From Nitrospinales bacterium (GTDB taxonomy: Bacteria > Nitrospinota > Nitrospinia > Nitrospinales > VA-1), in contig CBDCXL010000002.1 of assembly GCA_965223795.1 (NCBI GenBank), positions 2,624,001 through 2,688,000 on the forward strand: 64,000 nt of DNA, given 5' to 3'. The notes under the pieces are model-generated. The model did not search any database. It was given only the letters and a program-made list of their open reading frames with translations, and was not told the origin of the DNA. Of the stretch, positions 29,336 through 38,681 are shown piece by piece; positions within the stretch are counted from its first letter, which is position 1, and the number at the start of each line of letters is the position of its first letter. Made by a program: the position numbers and the translations under genes.

Positions 29336-29947
29336 TCAAGGGCCGGTGCCGCGCCGCTTTTTATACAGCAGGGTGGGGATCTTATTGAAATCGCGTTTCT
29401 GCAGGGAGAGCGGGCGGCGCCAGTTGATGACGCGCGGGCTGGGATGAAACAGCGGCAGCCAGGTGAAGGCGCCGGTTTCCACCGGTTTGCACACGGTCTC
29501 GGAAAAATCCCGCTTTAGCTCCAGCAGCCGGTTGACGCTTAGAAAGCCCGCCCGTCCCAGGGTCACCACCACTTTGGGCGCGAGGATGTCCAGCACCGCC
29601 TGCAAAAACGGCATGCAGTTTTTCATCTCGGTTGCGGTGGGGGGACGGTTGCGGCCGTCCTCAAGCGGATTGCACAGGGCGGCGTTGGTGATGAACACAT
29701 CGCGGCGGGTGAGCCCCGCATGGGCGAGCAGCGTCTCGAAGTTTTCCCCGGATTTGTCGCCGGAGAAGGGGATGCCGGTGCGTCCCGCTCCCAGCCGGCC
29801 CGGCGCTTCGGCGACGAAGACGATCCTGGCGTCGAGCGGGCCGTTGTTGGGGCCCAGCACCGCGGGCTGGTCCGCCATGCGCGGGCACAGGCGGCATTCC
29901 GCGGCCCTGGCCGCCCAGGAATCGAATCGCTGCTGGCGCGTGGGCAT
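29336..29947 (-). CDS. uracil-DNA glycosylase (family 4-like)
   Basis: CRLCPR, FVAEAPG, GIPFSG, ITNAALC, HPSP. Confidence 0.92.
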   Translation of the reverse strand: MPTRQQRFDSWAARAAECRLCPRMADQPAVLGPNNGPLDARIVFVAEAPGRLGAGRTGIPFSGDKSGENFETLLAHAGLTRRDVFITNAALCNPLEDGRNRPPTATEMKNCMPFLQAVLDILAPKVVVTLGRAGFLSVNRLLELKRDFSETVCKPVETGAFTWLPLFHPSPRVINWRRPLSLQKRDFNKIPTLLYKKRRGTGP

Positions 29948-29950
29948 GGC

Positions 29951-30067
29951 CTAGGGCGGGTCCTTGCGGACTTCGTCCTCTTCGTCTTCGTCGTCGCTGG
30001 CGCGGCAAATGACGAAAAACCCGATGATGAGCAGCACGCTCGCGATCAGAGTGAGAAAGATGTCCAT
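29951..30067 (-). CDS. 38-aa single-TM small protein (not in the ORF track)
   Basis: MDIFLTLIASVLLIIGFFVICRASDDEDEEDEVRKDPP; fills the gap between co-oriented genes. Confidence 0.65.
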   Translation of the reverse strand: MDIFLTLIASVLLIIGFFVICRASDDEDEEDEVRKDPP

Positions 30068-30109
30068 TTACAATCTACCGGGCCCGGCCCTGTGCGCCGG
30101 CGCCCCGCC

Positions 30110-30517
30110 TCAAAACGGTTTGATGGTGGCGAGATAGATCATGCCCGCCCCGACGATGAAGATGGCGATGTGAACCATCATCGCATATTTTTTCGGCAGC
30201 GCGTCTTTGGGAATCTGCAGGCCGTTCAGAAATCCCAGCCCGATCAGGGTGAGCAGCAGCACCATCTTCACCTTGATCCAGTCGAACTCCCTGAACACGC
30301 CGGTGGTCTTGGCGAGGTAGACTCCGGACAGGATGGTGACGGCGAGAATGGGGTAGTAGATGAATTTGTGGATGCGCGCCTGGGTTTTTTTCAGCCCCGC
30401 CACTTCTTCGTCGCTTTTCAGGCGCAGCCGGAACACGACGGTGAGCGATTGCAGAAACAGGGTGCCGATCACCAGGCACATGGAAATCATGTGCAGTGTG
30501 AGAAAAAAGTTTTTCAT
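30110..30517 (-). CDS. 4-TM membrane protein (DUF2269/CopD-like)
   Basis: LHMISM, WIKVKMVL, C-terminal IYLATIKPF. Confidence 0.75.
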   Translation of the reverse strand: MKNFFLTLHMISMCLVIGTLFLQSLTVVFRLRLKSDEEVAGLKKTQARIHKFIYYPILAVTILSGVYLAKTTGVFREFDWIKVKMVLLLTLIGLGFLNGLQIPKDALPKKYAMMVHIAIFIVGAGMIYLATIKPF

Positions 30518-30542
30518 GGTCTTTCTGGGTACGGGGTCTGGG

Positions 30543-30989
30543 TCATGAAGATTCCTCGAGGGCGGCCGCGGCGTCCCGGCTCCAGTAGATCCGGCTGCTG
30601 ATGATGAGGGCCGCGCCCACGGCGCAGTAGATGCCCGCCACCACCAGGTAGCCTCCGAGGTATTCGTTGAAGGTTCGCAGCAGGATGCCGAGCGCGATCA
30701 TGCCGGCGATGAGTCCGTAATACGGTCCGGAAAAGATGTGGTGCAGCCGGATGGGCGCGGGGAGGTCCTGAATCCGGGTTTTGTTGCGCTTTGCGGACTT
30801 GCTGAGGACGAAATGCCCCTTGGCCAGGCCGACGATCAGGCCCGCGGCCAGAGACAGGATCACGGCCGTGCGTGTGGCGCTCTGCTGGTCCACGGCGATC
30901 TGGTACATGAGCGCGCCCCGAAACAGCAAAAACGCGCCGATCATGACCCACAATCCGCCCGCGATGAGAATGAGTGTGTTTTTATTCAA
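30543..30989 (-). CDS. hypothetical membrane protein
   Basis: Four hydrophobic segments; operon context. Confidence 0.75.
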   Translation of the reverse strand: MNKNTLILIAGGLWVMIGAFLLFRGALMYQIAVDQQSATRTAVILSLAAGLIVGLAKGHFVLSKSAKRNKTRIQDLPAPIRLHHIFSGPYYGLIAGMIALGILLRTFNEYLGGYLVVAGIYCAVGAALIISSRIYWSRDAAAALEESS

Positions 30990-31082
30990 AGGCTTATCCG
31001 TCCAGGATCGGCTCTTTCGTTGAGTTTTGGATGTCCCGCCTGCGTAAAGGATTTAAAAAATCACGCTTTCCGGCCTGGTTCC

Positions 31083-31514
31083 TCATTTGCCTTTGCCGCC
31101 GCGCACGGGCCGGACGGCCATCCTGCCGCTTTTGCTCTTGAACAGGGGGCGGACCTCGCCGTCGCGGAAATCGAAGATGAACCCTTCGTTGCCGGTGAAA
31201 TCCTCATGAATCCACACCGTGGGCAGGGGCCCCGATGGAAATGCGGGATCGAGGTGGATGTCCTTGCCGTACTTGTCCTGATTTTTCACGCCGGTGTCGT
31301 ACAGGGATTCCACTTCCAGCCGGGTGGGCAGCCGCCAGTCCGAGTGCCCGCAGAATTTATGGTTGCTCAGTTCGCGTGCGTGCTGCAACGCCTCATCCCA
31401 GGTGACCCACACGTTTTCTTTCTGCCAGGAGTCCTCTTTCGTCCAGGTGAGTCCGGTGGCGGTGTCGAGGATGGAGCCGTCGCCGTTGTCCTGAAACCGG
31501 GGTGTTGCGTTCAT
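31083..31514 (-). CDS. DUF1566 (Lcl C-terminal) domain protein
   Basis: RFQDNGDGSILDTATGLTW, GHSDWRLPT, VRPVR. Confidence 0.9.
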   Translation of the reverse strand: MNATPRFQDNGDGSILDTATGLTWTKEDSWQKENVWVTWDEALQHARELSNHKFCGHSDWRLPTRLEVESLYDTGVKNQDKYGKDIHLDPAFPSGPLPTVWIHEDFTGNEGFIFDFRDGEVRPLFKSKSGRMAVRPVRGGKGK

Positions 31515-31524
31515 CGGGAAACTC

Positions 31525-32637
31525 TCATGCCAGTTGCGCGTCGGACGCGACGGTGTCCAGGGGGATTTTTTCCAGCCGCGCTTTCAGATGCTTGAGGTTG
31601 AACCGCGGTGGGTCCGCCAGTTCGCGGATATTGAGGGTGTTCCCGAAAGATCGGGTCAGGAGCGTGTCGGAGAACACGAGGAAAGGCGTGGTCCGTATAA
31701 TCCGCTTCACGGTGGCGCGGGAAATCTTGACGGCGGCGCGCGAAGCCAGCAGGTCGGGGTTGTTGTGCAGCACGGCGACGGTTTCCCCGGCCATCCACAA
31801 AGGCCAGATGCAGAACAGGCGGATGCAAGGATGCCTGCGCGGGATGGCCAGGGTGAACGCGAGCGCGTCGCGCAGGTGCCCGGAGGTTTTATGCAGCAGC
31901 GTTTCCACGATTTTGAGATTTTGTTCCATCGACTTGCCGGCGTGGAATTCCTCCACCGTGAGGCCCTTTTCGCGGATGAGCCCTTCGGGGATGTAGGACC
32001 AGCCGCGTTCCCGGTCGACGACCACGTCTTTCGAGATGTTGGTCATCTGCAGACCGAGCCCGAAGGACACGGCGTTCTGCCGGAGTGTGGCCTCGGCGTC
32101 TTTGGAAATGCCGGGCATGTGCAGCAGAAACAGGTTGCACAGCATCTCCCCCACGGCTCCCGCGACGAAGTAGCAGTATTCCTCAAGTTCCTCTTCGTTC
32201 TTCAAGGGAACGAGACCGCCGCGGTGGAAGCGTTTTTGAAAATACGCCATCCCCATCGCCATCTGCGAGACGGAATGGACGATCTTTTCCCTGTGGCTTT
32301 CGGGCAGCGCGTCGAACACGCGAAACACGCGCTGGTTCTGAGCGATCAGGTCGAGATCCTGGGGGCTGCCGTCCACCTTGCGGCAGTCTTCGATCCATTG
32401 GCCGAGATGTTTGCCGCGGTGGGCGGGGTCCTGGATGAGGCGGGCGAACTCCAGCAGCAGCTGGATCTTGAGCCTCGGGTCGAGTTTCGACGCGTCCTCG
32501 ACCGTGTCGATGGTGCGGCAGAACAGGTAGGCGGTGAGCACGCTGCGGTGCAACCCGCCTCTCAGGACGGCGATGTTCAGCGCGAAGGTTCTGCTGACTT
32601 TAGGCAGTGTGTCGAGACAGTATTTCCAGTCGTCCAT
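31525..32637 (-). CDS. squalene/phytoene synthase family (SQS-like)
   Basis: VSRTFAL, YLFCRTIDTVED, YCYFVAGAVG, FGLGLQMTNISKD. Confidence 0.92.
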   Translation of the reverse strand: MDDWKYCLDTLPKVSRTFALNIAVLRGGLHRSVLTAYLFCRTIDTVEDASKLDPRLKIQLLLEFARLIQDPAHRGKHLGQWIEDCRKVDGSPQDLDLIAQNQRVFRVFDALPESHREKIVHSVSQMAMGMAYFQKRFHRGGLVPLKNEEELEEYCYFVAGAVGEMLCNLFLLHMPGISKDAEATLRQNAVSFGLGLQMTNISKDVVVDRERGWSYIPEGLIREKGLTVEEFHAGKSMEQNLKIVETLLHKTSGHLRDALAFTLAIPRRHPCIRLFCIWPLWMAGETVAVLHNNPDLLASRAAVKISRATVKRIIRTTPFLVFSDTLLTRSFGNTLNIRELADPPRFNLKHLKARLEKIPLDTVASDAQLA

Positions 32638-32798
32638 GATGCAACCCGATCGCAAAACGAACGCAGCAAACGCCGCCGTTTTGGGCGTCCCGGAATCGGG
32701 ACCGCCCGGACCGTTCCAGTTCAGGGTGATTCCGGCATCTTAACACGAAACAGGAGGGAACCCAGCGTTTCCACCAGGATGAAAGCCGATGGCACGGG

Positions 32799-33698
32799 TC
32801 AAAGCGGGGACCCGGAAGGCACCGGCCCGGAATTCAGTTTTTTCATCTCCTGGGCGATTTTCAGGATCTCGTCGTGCACCTCGTTGATCACGTTCTCCGG
32901 GGTGCTGGTGCCGGCGGTGATGCCGACGTGCTTTTTGTTCTGAAACCAGGTCCGGTTGAGCTGGGACGAGGACTCGATGTGGTGCGATTCGATCTTTTTG
33001 GCGTCGCAGACCTGCACCAGCTTCTTCGTGTTCGAGGAGTTGTAGCCGCCGATCACGATCATCAGGTCCACCTGGTCGGCCAGCTCCCAGACGGCGACCT
33101 GGCGGTCGCGCGTGGGCTGGCAGATGGTGTTGACGAAAGACACTTCGTCGACGCAGTCCATCTCGCGGATCTTTTTCACCAGCGCCTCGACCTTGTCCAC
33201 CTGCTGGGTGGTCTGGCTGACGATGCCCAGTTTGCGTTTGCCGCGGTCTTTGATCTTGACGAGGTCTTCTTCATTGTTGACGACGAGGTAATCCTCCAGG
33301 TCGCCGACGATCCCCTTGACCTCGACGTGGTCCTTCTGGCCGATGACCACCGGAAAATAATTTTTCTGCACCAGCGACTTGATCGTCTTGTGGACCCGCA
33401 TGACGAGCGGACAGCTGGCGTCGTAAACGATGAACCCTGCTTCCAGGAGCTTGTGCTTGGTCTTGTCGGCGGCGCCGTGGGCGGTGATCATCACCTTTTT
33501 GGTGGTGATCTTTTCGATCTCCTCGATGCCGGCCACCAGGGAGACGCCGTTTTGCTTTAACGATTCGTTGACCTGCGGATTGTGGACCAGCTGCCCGATG
33601 ATGGTGAGATCCGAGCGAAATTCCGGAGCCATGGCCAGGTTGATGGCGTCCTGGACTCCGAAGCAGGTACCGAGAGCACTCGCGAGGGAAACTTTCAT
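32799..33698 (-). CDS. ispH: 4-hydroxy-3-methylbut-2-enyl diphosphate reductase
   Basis: CFGV, VHN, AHG, DASCPLV, SQTT, TICQPT, SSNT, GITAGTSTP. Confidence 0.97.
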   Translation of the reverse strand: MKVSLASALGTCFGVQDAINLAMAPEFRSDLTIIGQLVHNPQVNESLKQNGVSLVAGIEEIEKITTKKVMITAHGAADKTKHKLLEAGFIVYDASCPLVMRVHKTIKSLVQKNYFPVVIGQKDHVEVKGIVGDLEDYLVVNNEEDLVKIKDRGKRKLGIVSQTTQQVDKVEALVKKIREMDCVDEVSFVNTICQPTRDRQVAVWELADQVDLMIVIGGYNSSNTKKLVQVCDAKKIESHHIESSSQLNRTWFQNKKHVGITAGTSTPENVINEVHDEILKIAQEMKKLNSGPVPSGSPL

Positions 33699-33802
33699 TG
33701 TCGTGTCCTTTTCGATGGGATTCGCCCTTTCCTGCAGTAGAGAGACATTGAGACAATCAATCTCACATCATAGCAAAAGCTCAGGAGCATTGAAAGCCCG
33801 GT

Positions 33803-34555
33803 TCATTTGAGCACCCAGTTTTTCAGCATCTGCCAGGAGGTCTGGCGGCCGATGTCGGCGATCGACTCGGTCAGCGGGATGTTTTTCGGGCACACTTCCA
33901 CGCACACCTGGGCGTTGCCGCAGTCGGCGATCCCGCCTTCCCCCATGAGGGTTTCGAGCCGTTCCTCTTTGTTCATGGCGCCTGTGGGGTGCAGGTTGAA
34001 CAGGCGGACCTGGCTGAAGGTCGCCGCGCCCATGAAATCGTTGTCTTTGGTGAACTGCGGGCAGGCCTCCAGGCAGCAGCCGCAGGTCATGCACTCGGAG
34101 AGCACGTAGCGCTTGGCGCGGATCTGGTCGGAGATGACCGGGCCCTCGCCGATGTCGTGGGTGCCGTCGATGTCGATCCAGGCCTTCACCTTTTTCAGGT
34201 TTTTGAACATGCGGGTGCGGTCCACCTGCAGGTCGCGCACCACCGGAAACTTGGACATCGGTTCGAGCTGGACCGGCTGCTCGAGCTGGTCGATCAGCGC
34301 CGTGCAGGACTGGCGCACCTTGCCGTTCACCAGCATGGTGCAGGAGCCGCACACTTCCTCCAGGCAGTTGCAATCCCAGGTGACCGGGTTCACGGTTTTG
34401 CCGTCGGCGGTGACCGGGTTTTTCTGGATGCTCTGCAGACAGGAAACCACGTTGGCGAACGGTTTGTGCGGGACGGTGAATTCCTCCCAGTAGGGGGCCG
34501 TCTTGGGCGTGTCCTGCCGCTTGATTTTGAGGGTGACGGTTTTATTGGCGTCCAT
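33803..34555 (-). CDS. sdhB: succinate dehydrogenase/fumarate reductase Fe-S subunit
   Basis: CLEEVCGSC, CMTCGCCLEAC, CGNAQVCVEVCP; true start MDANK at 34555. Confidence 0.95.
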   Translation of the reverse strand: MDANKTVTLKIKRQDTPKTAPYWEEFTVPHKPFANVVSCLQSIQKNPVTADGKTVNPVTWDCNCLEEVCGSCTMLVNGKVRQSCTALIDQLEQPVQLEPMSKFPVVRDLQVDRTRMFKNLKKVKAWIDIDGTHDIGEGPVISDQIRAKRYVLSECMTCGCCLEACPQFTKDNDFMGAATFSQVRLFNLHPTGAMNKEERLETLMGEGGIADCGNAQVCVEVCPKNIPLTESIADIGRQTSWQMLKNWVLK

Positions 34556-34557
34556 GA

Positions 34558-36498
34558 TCAGTCGTACTTTCTCGGCCGGGGCGCGACGAGGGAGGTGTCC
34601 ACCTCTTCGTAGGTGATCTCCGGCTGGTTGTTTTTGTATCGGGCGATGGTGGTGTTGAGCCAGTTTTTGTTGTTTTCCTCGAAACGCTGGATGTAGTCCA
34701 GATGGTCCGGCGCGATGCCCTGCTCGGCGGCCTCGCCGTAGTTTTTCTTCTCGACGTAGTCGATGTACTCGTGCGGATCGAATTTTTTGGGCTGGATCAG
34801 GTCGAAGTCGGGTTTGTAATGCGCGCCGCGGCATTCGTCGCGCATCAGCGCGCCGCGGGTGATGATCTTGGACAGCTGGATCATGCAGTAGAGCTGGTTG
34901 ATGAAGCTGAACGTGGGATTGGCCCAGTCGCTGGAATCGACGCAGCGCACGTTGCTGAAGCGCGACTCGATCTCGTCGATGGCGTGGACGGTTTTTTCCA
35001 GCGTCTTGTTGTCGCGCACGATGAGCACGTTGGCCATCATCAGATCGCCCAGTTCCTGATGCAGTTTGTACGGATTTTCGCTGCCGTTCATCTTCTTGAT
35101 GGCGGCGAAGCGCTCCACCCAGTAGGTGCGCGCGCCGTCGAACACGCTGGAGGCGATGTCCTCGACCGCATGGCTCAGGTTCTCGGTGTGGCTGAGCACC
35201 CCCGGCGCCATCATGATGCCGGTGTAGATGCAGCTCAAAAGCGAGTTGGCGCCCAGGCGGTTGGCGCCGTGGAACTGGTAGTCGGCCTCGCCGGCGGCGT
35301 ACAGCCCCTGGATGGAGGTCATCTGGTTGCGCGGCGAGGCGTGGTCGATCAGGCCGCGGCTGTCGGGCGCGAAATCGGTCCACAGGCCGCCCATGGAGTA
35401 GTGGACGGCGGGGAAGATCTTCATCGGCACTTCGCGCGGGTCGTCGCCGGTGAATTTTTTGTAGATGTCGATGATGCCGCCCAGCCTGTCGTCGAGGTAC
35501 TCCTTGGATTTGTGGGTCAGGTCCAGGTAGACCATGGGTTCGCCGCCGATGCCGAGGTTCTGGTTGTAGACGATTTCGTAGATTTCGCGCGACGCCACGT
35601 CGCGCGGCACCAGGTTGCCGTACTGCGGGTACTTTTCCTCGAGAAAGTACAAGCGTTCGCCTTCCGGGATGGCCTGCGGCAGCCGTTTGTCGAAGCGCTT
35701 GCGCGGCACCCAGATGCGACCGCCTTCGCCGCGCGCCGATTCGCTCATCAGGCGCAGCTTGTCCTGTCCCGGAATGGCGGTGGGGTGGATCTGGATGAAC
35801 TCGCCGTTGGCGTATTTGGCCCCCTGCAGGTAGGCCATGGTGGCGGCGGCGCCGGTGTTCACGGTGGAGGCGGTGGAGCGGGCGTAGACCTGGCTGGGGC
35901 CGCCGGTGGCGAGGATCACCGCGTCTCCGGCGAGGGAGAAGATCTCGTTGGTGCGCAGATCGTGGATGATGGCGCCGCGGCAGACGCCCTGGCCGTCGAG
36001 CACCGCTCCCAGGTATTCGTGCCACTCCATCGTCTGCACCCGGCCGTCGTGCTCGTGCCGGCGCACCTGCTCGTCCAGGGCGTACACCAGCTGCTGGCCG
36101 GTGGTGGCGCCGGCGAACGCGGTGCGCGAGTACAGGGTGCCGCCGAAGCGGCGGAATTCGAGGTGCCCTTCCTTGGAGCGGTTGAAGGCGACGCCCATGC
36201 GGTCGAGAAGGTGGATGATCGCCGGGGCCTGGTGGCACATGTCACGCACCAGAGGCTGCTGGGCGAGGAAATCGCCGCCGCGGATGGTGTCGAAGAAATG
36301 TTTTTCCGGCGAGTCGCCCTCGTCCTTGGCGTCCATGGCGGCGTTGATCCCGCCCTGGGCGCAGACCGAGTGGGAGCGCTTGAGGGACTGGTAGGCGACG
36401 AGGATCACTTCCGCGTTCATCTCGCACAGCTTCATGGCGGCGGACAGGCCGCCCAGGCCGCCGCCGACGATGATGATGCGTTTTCTCCGTCGGGCCAT
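34558..36498 (-). CDS. sdhA: succinate dehydrogenase/fumarate reductase flavoprotein
   Basis: GGGLGG, RSHSVCAQGGIN, QIHPT, HYSMGG, HGANRLGANSL. Confidence 0.97.
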   Translation of the reverse strand: MARRRKRIIIVGGGLGGLSAAMKLCEMNAEVILVAYQSLKRSHSVCAQGGINAAMDAKDEGDSPEKHFFDTIRGGDFLAQQPLVRDMCHQAPAIIHLLDRMGVAFNRSKEGHLEFRRFGGTLYSRTAFAGATTGQQLVYALDEQVRRHEHDGRVQTMEWHEYLGAVLDGQGVCRGAIIHDLRTNEIFSLAGDAVILATGGPSQVYARSTASTVNTGAAATMAYLQGAKYANGEFIQIHPTAIPGQDKLRLMSESARGEGGRIWVPRKRFDKRLPQAIPEGERLYFLEEKYPQYGNLVPRDVASREIYEIVYNQNLGIGGEPMVYLDLTHKSKEYLDDRLGGIIDIYKKFTGDDPREVPMKIFPAVHYSMGGLWTDFAPDSRGLIDHASPRNQMTSIQGLYAAGEADYQFHGANRLGANSLLSCIYTGIMMAPGVLSHTENLSHAVEDIASSVFDGARTYWVERFAAIKKMNGSENPYKLHQELGDLMMANVLIVRDNKTLEKTVHAIDEIESRFSNVRCVDSSDWANPTFSFINQLYCMIQLSKIITRGALMRDECRGAHYKPDFDLIQPKKFDPHEYIDYVEKKNYGEAAEQGIAPDHLDYIQRFEENNKNWLNTTIARYKNNQPEITYEEVDTSLVAPRPRKYD

Positions 36499-36500
36499 GC

Positions 36501-37178
36501 TCACCCTCCCTCTGTGGCGGTGACGGGCACCGGGTGCAGGGAAAATTCCAGCACCGTGGCGAATCCCAAAAGGACCAGGCCCAGCCCCACCAGCGTGAAC
36601 AGGATGCTGGCGTTGCGCTGCGCGGTGCGGCCGATGATGATTCCCCAGGACATGCAGAATCCCCACAGGCCGTTGCCAAAATGAAACGCCGCCGCGGCGA
36701 TGCCGATCAGGTACAGAATGCGGCCGGTCCAGCCGCCGAATTGCGAATTGAGGATGTCGATCAGAAACGGCGCCGCGTCGAACCCGGTTTTACCGTAGAG
36801 CAGTTTGGGCACGACCGTGGTGCCCATGTGGTAGATCAGAAACATGAACACGATGACGCCGGTGATGCGCTGCCAAAGGTACATCCAGTTTCTCGGATAA
36901 CGGTAGCGCAGCACATTGGGCCTGCCGGTGAAGGTGATGTAAAACCCCATGAACGAATGGATGAGCAGGGGAATGTAGATGAACAGGATCTCGATACCCA
37001 AAAGAAAGGGCAGGTTGTTGATCACGTCGATGCTCAGCTGGTACTGCCAGGCTCCGACCGTGCGCAGGGAGTTGACGGCCAGGTGAAACACCAGAAACAC
37101 GCCGACGGGCACGATTCCGGTCAGGGAATGGATTTTGAGCAGGAGAAAGTGGATCTGATCTTTAGAGCGTTTATCCAT
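36501..37178 (-). CDS. sdhC: succinate dehydrogenase cytochrome b558 subunit (Bacillus-type, 5 TM)
   Basis: HSLTGIVP, QRITG, FHFGNGLW; four His ligands. Confidence 0.92.
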   Translation of the reverse strand: MDKRSKDQIHFLLLKIHSLTGIVPVGVFLVFHLAVNSLRTVGAWQYQLSIDVINNLPFLLGIEILFIYIPLLIHSFMGFYITFTGRPNVLRYRYPRNWMYLWQRITGVIVFMFLIYHMGTTVVPKLLYGKTGFDAAPFLIDILNSQFGGWTGRILYLIGIAAAAFHFGNGLWGFCMSWGIIIGRTAQRNASILFTLVGLGLVLLGFATVLEFSLHPVPVTATEGG

Positions 37179-37431
37179 AAATCCGTGGCGCGGCAGCCGC
37201 CTTGTGAGGGAGGCGGTCGTCCGGATTGAATCAGCAGGAACCCGCCCGGCGTTTCATTCGGACAGAGGCGCGCGGGCTGAGAACTGGAGCGTGCAACGGG
37301 AAGCGTGCACGGAATCGGAAAAGCCATGCGGATTCCGGCGCACATTCATTTTGATTCAAAATGGACGTATAAACAAGGATATTCAGTAAACGGAAATGAA
37401 TCGGAATGCGTTTGCCGCTATCGGGCGGGAA

Positions 37432-37707
37432 TTAAAAATCGTATTCCAGAAGCGGGCGCTCTTTGAAGCCGGGGTCGATGGGTTTGTCGTCCGGGCCGAT
37501 TTTCAGATTCTCCGGATTCTGCACGAACAGATCCACGAATCCGCATTTGCCGCAGACTTTGGGCTGGAGCGGGACCTTCTTCTCGACGCCGTGGTCCCGG
37601 CGCACTACCATGATGAGTTCCAGGTCCTTGCTGGTCCTGAGTCCGATATCGCCTTTGGCGATGCCTTGTTCTCCGCATCGGGCGCAAACGTCGGTGTCTT
37701 TTCCCAT
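37432..37707 (-). CDS. small zinc-ribbon protein
   Basis: CARCG...VCGKCGFVDLF; GAGG RBS. Confidence 0.75.
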   Translation of the reverse strand: MGKDTDVCARCGEQGIAKGDIGLRTSKDLELIMVVRRDHGVEKKVPLQPKVCGKCGFVDLFVQNPENLKIGPDDKPIDPGFKERPLLEYDF

Positions 37708-37820
37708 GGCCTCGTCCTGAAAAGAAATTTACGTTTAAGGTCTGCAGCAGCGGGCAAAAAAAACGCCTTTCTCCCTGGTATTATAACACCATTGGAGAAA
37801 GGCGCGTTGCGGAGTGCGGA

Positions 37821-38201
37821 TTATTTCGTCAACGGCATCGACTGGGGCACGCCGTGAACGGAGCTGTAGGTGCGGTCTTCCTTCACGCGCTTGGAAGGGC
37901 TGGAAGAAGCGCCGCCCTCGGAGTCGTCGCGGTTGATGAGTTCCCGGAGTTCCTTGCCGGGATGAAATACGGGTTTTTTGCGCAAGGGCAAATAGAGCGG
38001 TTCGCCGGTGATGGGCTTTTTGGCCACACGGGCTTTGTGTTCATTGATCCGGAACGAGCCGAATCCCTGGACCACCACACGGCCCTCTTTCTCGAGGTTC
38101 TGCATGATGGCGTCCAAAAAGGCGGTCAGGTATTTGTCCGCTTCCTTTTTGGAGACATTCATTCTCAAGGACAATTTCGTGGTCAAATCAGATCGGGTCA
38201 T
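37821..38201 (-). CDS. HU/IHF family DNA-binding protein with C-terminal extension
   Basis: MTRSDL, VQGFGSF, PITGE, PVFHPGKELRE; GGAGG RBS. Confidence 0.92.
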   Translation of the reverse strand: MTRSDLTTKLSLRMNVSKKEADKYLTAFLDAIMQNLEKEGRVVVQGFGSFRINEHKARVAKKPITGEPLYLPLRKKPVFHPGKELRELINRDDSEGGASSSPSKRVKEDRTYSSVHGVPQSMPLTK

Positions 38202-38681
38202 TGTACGCTGCCTCCCCCCCAAAGTTGTGGTTTTGAAGATATGACAGGAAAGGGGAGCAAGAATCAGGCCAAAGCTTGCCAGGGTCATGTAAATCTATAT
38301 ATTTCAAATTCTTAATGAACTTTCAGTAAATCCCGGCCCTTCAACGGTTTGCGATTTTTGTCAACATTAGTGTCCACATCTGTGCACAAATATGACCGAA
38401 ATTTCGGCTCTCCAAAATTATGGATATTTCAGCAGTTGGCCGCCGCAAGCGGGGCCGTCCCGGATACCGGGGATGCGGAGAAGGGCATTGAATTGAGTGG
38501 GTTGGGGGCGGAGGAGGGGGATGAAACCCGCCGGATTCCCTGTTTTGCATGCCCAATTATTTAAAATTTCGCTTTATTTCCGCCTAAAGAATCCCGTACA
38601 ATAAACCGCCATTTTTACTAGAAGTCCCGGTAAAACGGCTGTTTGGGGACATCACTGAACCGAACCACGGGGAGAAAGAAC

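Noticed and set aside
33803..36238. 811-aa ORF as a fused SdhB
   Set aside because: The upstream part is an off-frame shadow of sdhA; the real start is 34555
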